Shown in pieces: positions 58,603 through 64,000 of a stretch of DNA of 64,000 bases. Under the pieces are notes generated by a model. That model searched no databases. It was not told the origin of the DNA and saw nothing but the letters and a program-made list of their open reading frames with translations. The translations under genes were made by a program, and so were the position numbers. Numbering within the stretch: the first letter of the stretch is position 1; every line of letters begins with the position of its first letter. Location: positions 128,688 through 192,687 of the forward strand of contig CAWAFZ010000020.1 of NCBI GenBank assembly GCA_963781635.1, in the 5' to 3' direction. The stretch comes from an uncultured Acidobacteriaceae bacterium (GTDB taxonomy: Bacteria; Acidobacteriota; Terriglobia; Terriglobales; Acidobacteriaceae).

Positions 58603-60523
58603 ATGCCCTTGCGCTGCCTCCTATTCTCGTCGAATGAAGAGATGGTTCAGCCGATCTGGCAGGTGCTCGCCGACCTCGGGATCGAGGGAGAGTACTGTAA
58701 AAGCGCAGTGGACGCGGTGGAGAGGGTTACCACACAACTGTTCCAAATCGTGATCACCGACTGGGAGGATCAGCCCGAGGCGGCATTCCTGTTGAAGACG
58801 GCGCGGGATTTGAAAGCGGCGCAGCGCCCGCTGACTTTGGCAATCGTCAGCGATGATGCCCGGCTGCCGGAGGCGTTGCAGGCAGGGGCCAATTCAGTTC
58901 TGGTAAAACCGATTCGCGTCGAACAGGTGCGCGACACGATGAGCACAGCGTGCGAGTTGCTGAAGTCGAAGTTACGCCCCGCAGCCTCTCCCTCCGAACC
59001 TCTAGTACAAAGTCCGGCGCCTGGACCTAATCCGGTGGTCGCCGACTCGGCTGCCGCTGCGGCCCCGGCTCGTATAAAGCAAATGCCCGAGCAAACCTTC
59101 AGGGCGGGAGAATTCCTGCAGGGAGCGCCTTCGGCGCCCGGAGGCCAGTTCGACACGGACTCAGACATCGAGAAATCGATGCAGCAGGCGACAGCTTCCG
59201 AAGTCGAGGCTCTCACTGAACTGGAGCCGACGGCCGCCGCTGTAACGGCCGCCGCTGTAAAGGACGTGCCCTCGCACCCCGCAGCCCCTGCCGAGCGGCT
59301 GACTGGCTGGGCTTCTCTGCAGTCTCGACTGGCCAAGTCTCAGCCACCGGCGGCACCCGCAACGGTCGAGGCCCCAGTAAAGAGCGCATTGCTCTCTTAC
59401 GAAGAGACGGAATCTTATTCCGCGCCGGTACCCGACGAAGATCTGGGAAATAACAAAAAGACATCCCAAAAAGAAGCGGACGCTGAAGCTGCGCTTTTCG
59501 CTTACATGTCGGGCGATCCGAAAGAAATCGCACAGCCGGTCGGGAAGCCGCGTCCAAAGCGCGTCGGCACCTTTCTAATGGTGGCTTTAGCCGTCGCCTG
59601 CTTCGTCTTGGTGGCGTTGCCCCAAACGCGAGAGAGCTTGTTGAAGCTTTATCGCAGCGCGGCGCATGCAGGAGGAAGTTGGCTGAGTCCAGCCCCGGCT
59701 CCGGTGCAGGTGGCGGTAAAGCAGCACGAAAGCTTTGGCCAGGCTGGCGACGAGTACAAGTTGCCAGTCGCGACGAGCATCCCGGATGCTACAACCGATC
59801 CCTCCCAGATACGCGTGGTGCCAGTGATCGATCCGACCGCGAAACCGGCCAAGGGAGCGGCCGCCAACGATGGCCAGCCCCAAGTGAGTGTAGTCGACAA
59901 TAACCCCGTCGATCCTAACCAGAGCGGCCAAAATTCATCCGGTCAAACTCAAAACGAGGCGCAGCAGACTGAAAACGGTGCAGGACAGACTCCGTCTGAC
60001 TCTGCAGGGAATGCCGCAGCCCCCACCCCCGCCCAAATCGCGATTCATCCAGTGCCGGTTACCTCGACCTTAGCGCGCCCTCCTGCTCCGCCCGTGCAGA
60101 ACTTTAAGCCGCCAGCAGGCGTTTCCGCGGGAAATAACGCGCCCATCCCATTCGAGCCTGAAGTCGCAGATGGGCTCAATGACTCCCGAAGCCAGCGGAA
60201 CCAAGCCGGTAGAAGCGGCAATGTCCTCGATTGAGCCGGTGACTTTACCCCAGTCTGCGGCTTTGGGCCTACTGGAGCAAACTGTAGATCCGGTCTACCC
60301 GGAGGCGGCGAAAGCCAGTGGTCAGAAGGGTGTGGTAGTGCTGCAGGTGCTGATCGCCCGCGATGGCACGGTTCAGGAAGCCAAGTTTCTGCAGGGATCG
60401 TTTGTGTTTGCACGGGCGGCCATCGATGCCGTTAAGCAGTGGCATTTCAAGCCTTATCTCATGAACGGCCGGCCTGTGTCGGTACAAAGCCCGATCACGC
60501 TGAACTTCAAACCTCCGGCTTAA
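58603..60523 (+). pseudogene. Receiver-like domain / TM / Pro-Ala-Gln-rich spacer / TonB C-terminal domain protein, split by one frameshift
   Basis: The ATG at 58603 (MPLRCLLFSSNEE..IVITDWED..VLVKPI) gives a REC-like fold, followed by a TM helix (FLMVALAVACFVLVALP). ORF 60170..60523 encodes the TonB_C domain (DPVYPEAAKASGQKGVVVLQVLIARDGTVQEAKFLQG..AAIDAVKQWHFKPY) in the +1 frame. Length is 1921 nt (1 mod 3). Confidence 0.65.
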
Positions 60524-60694
60524 TCACTGGTACAAATTCCCGCCTCAATCGTCTAAGAATGCGGCGGGTAATTCGGTCGTCATTACCTGCGTGAACTGAA
60601 CGGGGCAGCCGGCCGACGAGAATTGGCATCTATCGGGATATAATTAAGACAATTAAGTGGGGAACTGACCTCTCTCCAGGAAACGAAGAATTCG

Positions 60695-61909
60695 ATGTCT
60701 ATGAAAATTAAAGCTACGATTCTGGTTTCGTCTTTTGCCGTGTTGCTGTTCGTCGTCGTCGGTTCTCTGGGAGGCGTGCATGCCTCGTCCGGCGATGGCT
60801 CGTACCGGCAGATGCAGGTTTACAGCGAAGTGCTGTCGCGCGTGCAAAGCGAATACGTGGAAGATCCCAATATTCCCAAGGTGACCGACGGCGCTTTGCA
60901 CGGGCTCGTCGAATCGCTCGACGCGAACTCCAGCTATCTAACGCCCGCCGCCTACAAAGCCTTCAAGGCTCACAAAGCGGAAGCTAAGGGTGAGATCGGC
61001 GCCACCGTCTCGAAGCGCTTTGGATACGCCGATGTAGTTTCCGTGCTGCCGGGATCGCCAGCCGACAAAGCCGGAATCGAGTCCACGGATATCTTCGAAT
61101 CGATAGAAGGCCAAAGCACGCGCGATATGTCACTCCCTGAAATTCGTGCCGCGTTGAGCGGGACCCCAGGCTCGACTGTGAACGTTTCGGTCGTGCGAGC
61201 GCGTCGTGCGGAGCCGCAGAAGGTCGTGATCACGCGGGACGTGGTTAGCATTCCGCCCGTCTCAGACAAGATGATTGAAGATGGCATCGGTTATATCAAA
61301 GTGGACGCCCTGACCAAAGGCAAATCACAGGAGATTGCGGGGAAGATTAAATCACTCGAAAAATCGGGAGCGAAAAAGCTCGTCCTCGATCTCAGAAACA
61401 CGTCTGATGGAGACGAGAGCGAAGGCGTCGCTACCGCCAACCTCTTTTTGAATCATGGAACCATCACGTATTTGCAAGGTCAGAAGCATCCTCGAGAAGC
61501 CTTCAACGCCGATCCCGCGAAGGCCGTAACGTCCCTTCCTTTAGCGGTTCTGGTAAACAAAGGAACGGCGGGGCCCGCGGAGATCGTGGCCGCGGCAGTC
61601 CTCGAAAATGCTCGGGGCGATGTTGTGGGCGACAAAACTTTCGGCGACGGTTCCTTGCAGGAGACGATTGACCTGAAAGATGGCGGGGCTCTCATTCTCT
61701 CGGTGGCGAAATACTATTCGCCGAGCGGGAAGGCGATTCAGGAAACCGCAGTAACCCCCAACGTGCTGGTGGCGGACGAAACCGATAACGTGATCTCCGA
61801 CGACGACGAACAGGAACCCGCCGCTGCGGAACCGGAAGGCAAGCCTAAAAACACACAAGACGATCAGTTGCGCAAGGCAGTCGAAGTGCTGAAGAGCAGG
61901 AGCAGCTAG
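60695..61909 (+). CDS. S41-family carboxy-terminal processing peptidase (PDZ domain)
   Basis: TM/signal at the N-terminus. PDZ segment GYADVVSVLPGSPADKAGIESTDIF. S41 core LVLDLRNTSDGD..LVNKGTAGPAEIVAAA..GDKTFG. Confidence 0.85.
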   Translation: MSMKIKATILVSSFAVLLFVVVGSLGGVHASSGDGSYRQMQVYSEVLSRVQSEYVEDPNIPKVTDGALHGLVESLDANSSYLTPAAYKAFKAHKAEAKGEIGATVSKRFGYADVVSVLPGSPADKAGIESTDIFESIEGQSTRDMSLPEIRAALSGTPGSTVNVSVVRARRAEPQKVVITRDVVSIPPVSDKMIEDGIGYIKVDALTKGKSQEIAGKIKSLEKSGAKKLVLDLRNTSDGDESEGVATANLFLNHGTITYLQGQKHPREAFNADPAKAVTSLPLAVLVNKGTAGPAEIVAAAVLENARGDVVGDKTFGDGSLQETIDLKDGGALILSVAKYYSPSGKAIQETAVTPNVLVADETDNVISDDDEQEPAAAEPEGKPKNTQDDQLRKAVEVLKSRSS

Positions 61910-61943
61910 TTCGACTCGCAAAATTCGGTGAATCAGCTTTCTT

Positions 61944-61974
61944 ATCGCGCGCCGTGAGGTGCGCGATTTCTTTG
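61944..61974 (+). terminator. Rho-independent terminator after the S41 peptidase gene
   Basis: ATCGCGC..GCGCGAT stem followed by TTTCTTT. Confidence 0.5.
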
Positions 61975-62078
61975 CACTTATACGTGCTCGGCTCAGGCAA
62001 ATGAAGCTTGTCGCGGCACGACGCACCATTGCAGCTTCCGACCCCGCGGATGCCCTGCTATCCTGAACCTGTCGTGCC

Positions 62079-64000
62079 ATGAAGTCGCTCTATCAAGATC
62101 TTCCGCCGGTGGAGATTGCCGGACGGAAGTTGGTGGGCCGTGTGCTCTTCGGCTTGCTGGTGCTGGTTTCCGCCCTGGTAGGCGCGACCGCGGGGCTGCT
62201 GCTGGTCTACACCACGAACCTGCCGCAGGTGGAAGCCCTCGAGGCTTATCGTCCAAGCTCGATCACGGAGTTGTATGACGATCAAGGGCGAATCATCGGA
62301 TCGTTCGCGCTGCAACGCCGCGTCGTGGCGGGTTACGACGATTTTGCCCCGGTGCTTCGCGATGCTCTGGTCTCGATTGAAGACAAGGATTTCTACCGCC
62401 ATTCCGGAATCAACTTCTGGCGCATCGTAGGCGCGGCATATCGCGACATCGAATCCGGCGGCAGGGTGCAGGGTGCGTCCACTTTGACGATGCAGTTGGC
62501 TCGCAACCTCTTTCTCTCTCCTGATCGCTCCTTCCATCGCAAGGTACAGGAGGCGATGCTCGCAATTCAGATTGAGCGCCGTTTTACCAAGCCGCAGATC
62601 TTTACGCTCTACGCCAATCAGATTTTTCTAGGCCATGGCGTCTATGGTTTCGAGGCCGCATCGGAGTTCTACTTCAACAAGCCAGCTCGAAAGCTTAGTC
62701 TGGAAGAAGCTGCTCTGCTCGCCGGTCTGCCCAAAGGCCCGGGAGTATATTCTCCGATCAACCATCCCGACCGCGCATTGAAGCGCCGCAACCTTGTGAT
62801 CAACGCAATGCTGGAAGACGGAAAAATAACCACGACTCAGGCCGCCGACGCGCGCACGTTGCCGTTGGTTCTTCATCTGCAAAACGACCCCAACTCGCTG
62901 GCGCCATATTTCGTAGAGGAAATTAGACGATATTTGGAGACGAAATACGGCGCCGATCAGGTGCATGAGGGCGGATTGAAAGTTTACACGTCACTGGACG
63001 TTGACCTGCAAAAGACCGCGAACCAGGCAGTGCTGGACGGTCTTGCAGCCTACGAGCGCCGTCATGGATGGAAGGGGCACCTGGAGAATGTTTTGGCGGA
63101 AGGAAATGCGATCGACAAATATCAGCATCCCGACTGGGACGAAGAACCGCAAGTGAATGGCTACGTTCACGCACTTGTGACCTCCTCCGGCATTGGGATC
63201 GCCACAGTGAAATTCGGACGTTACTCTGCCGCTATGGGCCAAGCAGACGTGGCCTGGACACAGGGCAAGATGCAGGACCTGTTGCACACGGGCGACATCT
63301 GTTACGTGAAAATATTGGCGTTGTATCCAAACGGCGCGGCGCGCGTAGCGCTTGAGCAGGATTCCGGCGCGCAGGGAGCCCTGGTCACAATCGACAACGC
63401 CACTGGCGGAATCAAGGCGCTTGTGGGCGGGAGGAACTTTTACGAATCGAAATTCGATCGTGCGACTCAAGCTCTGCGGCAAGTAGGCTCATCGTTCAAG
63501 CCGTATGTTTACACCACGGCGATCGATCTAGGAGCCAGCCCGGATGACACGGTTCTGGATGAGCCGGTAACGTTCGAAACCGCTTCCGGACCGTACTCGC
63601 CGCACAATTACGACGAGAAATTCGAAGGGATCATTACTTTGCGGCGCGCTCTCGCGCAATCCCGAAATATTCCGGCGCTCAAACTCGCGAGCAAAGTCGG
63701 GATCAAGACGGTGATCGAATACGCGGATCGCTTCGGCATAACCGCCAGGCTGCCGCCTTATCTGCCCGTGGCACTGGGGTCGGCCGAGATCACGCTAATG
63801 GAGCAAACTTCTGCTTACAGCGTATTTCCCAACGACGGTGTGCGCGTCACGCCGCGCTACATCACGAAAGTGACCGACTATGAAGGCCGCGTGCTGGAAG
63901 AGGATTATCCCGAAGTAAAAGACGTAATCAACGCGCGCACCGCGCGTATTATGACCGCGATGCTGCACGAAGTGGTTCTCCACGGAACCGCCGTGGCTGC
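62079..64000 (+). CDS. mrcA: Class A penicillin-binding protein (PBP1A; transglycosylase plus transpeptidase), 3' end outside the window
   Basis: This frame was translated by hand and is not in the ORF track because no stop is reached. From the ATG at 62079: TM helix, GT51 motifs SIEDKDFYRHSGINF and GASTLTMQLARN, RKVQEAMLAIQIE, then the transpeptidase motifs RQVGSSFKP (SxxK) and SRN. Confidence 0.85.
   Translation, partial: MKSLYQDLPPVEIAGRKLVGRVLFGLLVLVSALVGATAGLLLVYTTNLPQVEALEAYRPSSITELYDDQGRIIGSFALQRRVVAGYDDFAPVLRDALVSIEDKDFYRHSGINFWRIVGAAYRDIESGGRVQGASTLTMQLARNLFLSPDRSFHRKVQEAMLAIQIERRFTKPQIFTLYANQIFLGHGVYGFEAASEFYFNKPARKLSLEEAALLAGLPKGPGVYSPINHPDRALKRRNLVINAMLEDGKITTTQAADARTLPLVLHLQNDPNSLAPYFVEEIRRYLETKYGADQVHEGGLKVYTSLDVDLQKTANQAVLDGLAAYERRHGWKGHLENVLAEGNAIDKYQHPDWDEEPQVNGYVHALVTSSGIGIATVKFGRYSAAMGQADVAWTQGKMQDLLHTGDICYVKILALYPNGAARVALEQDSGAQGALVTIDNATGGIKALVGGRNFYESKFDRATQALRQVGSSFKPYVYTTAIDLGASPDDTVLDEPVTFETASGPYSPHNYDEKFEGIITLRRALAQSRNIPALKLASKVGIKTVIEYADRFGITARLPPYLPVALGSAEITLMEQTSAYSVFPNDGVRVTPRYITKVTDYEGRVLEEDYPEVKDVINARTARIMTAMLHEVVLHGTAVA

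Noticed and set aside
62058-62537. 159-aa minus-strand ORF
   Set aside because: It is antisense to the PBP1A gene. PBP1A is missing from the ORF track only because it runs off the window, and its GT51 and SxxK motifs are unambiguous.
1-64000. Mobile elements, CRISPR arrays, toxin-antitoxin or phage-defence loci
   Set aside because: No transposase, integrase, recombinase, Cas, restriction or abortive-infection signatures were seen. No long terminal or spaced direct repeats were recognised in either strand.

Overview
About 58% GC, gene-dense bacterial chromosome. Gene content suggests Acidobacteriota, but that is inference only. I saw no rRNA, tRNA, CRISPR array, transposase or prophage. Five blocks are present. 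(1) 1-24.5 kb is a plus-strand Wzx/Wzy-type polysaccharide locus with several unusual domain fusions, a CDP-sugar/C-methyl branch and a DUF362 plus CapK-like ligase pair. (2) 24.5-33.6 kb on the minus strand is a hoxEFUYHW NAD(P)-linked bidirectional [NiFe] hydrogenase operon, followed by an 1179-aa sensor carrying two different kinase cores. (3) 33.9-39.6 kb holds a GntR regulator, a three-gene 2-oxoacid:ferredoxin oxidoreductase and an oxalate/formate-antiporter-family MFS transporter. I think this is a candidate oxalate oxidoreductase module, transcribed divergently from the hydrogenase. (4) 40.2-47.7 kb is a cheY-X-cheD-cheA-mcp-cheW-cheR-cheB chemosensory operon. The unknown gene X is translationally coupled to cheD. 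(5) 47.8-64 kb is housekeeping and cell-envelope genes: M28, M23 and S41 peptidases, cysE, ogt, a permease, DAO-type oxidoreductases, a receiver-TonB fusion and PBP1A. At least four genes are broken by frameshifts (an SDR gene, hoxH, a DAO oxidoreductase three times, and the receiver-TonB gene). All family calls come from motif recognition by eye. No searches were run.
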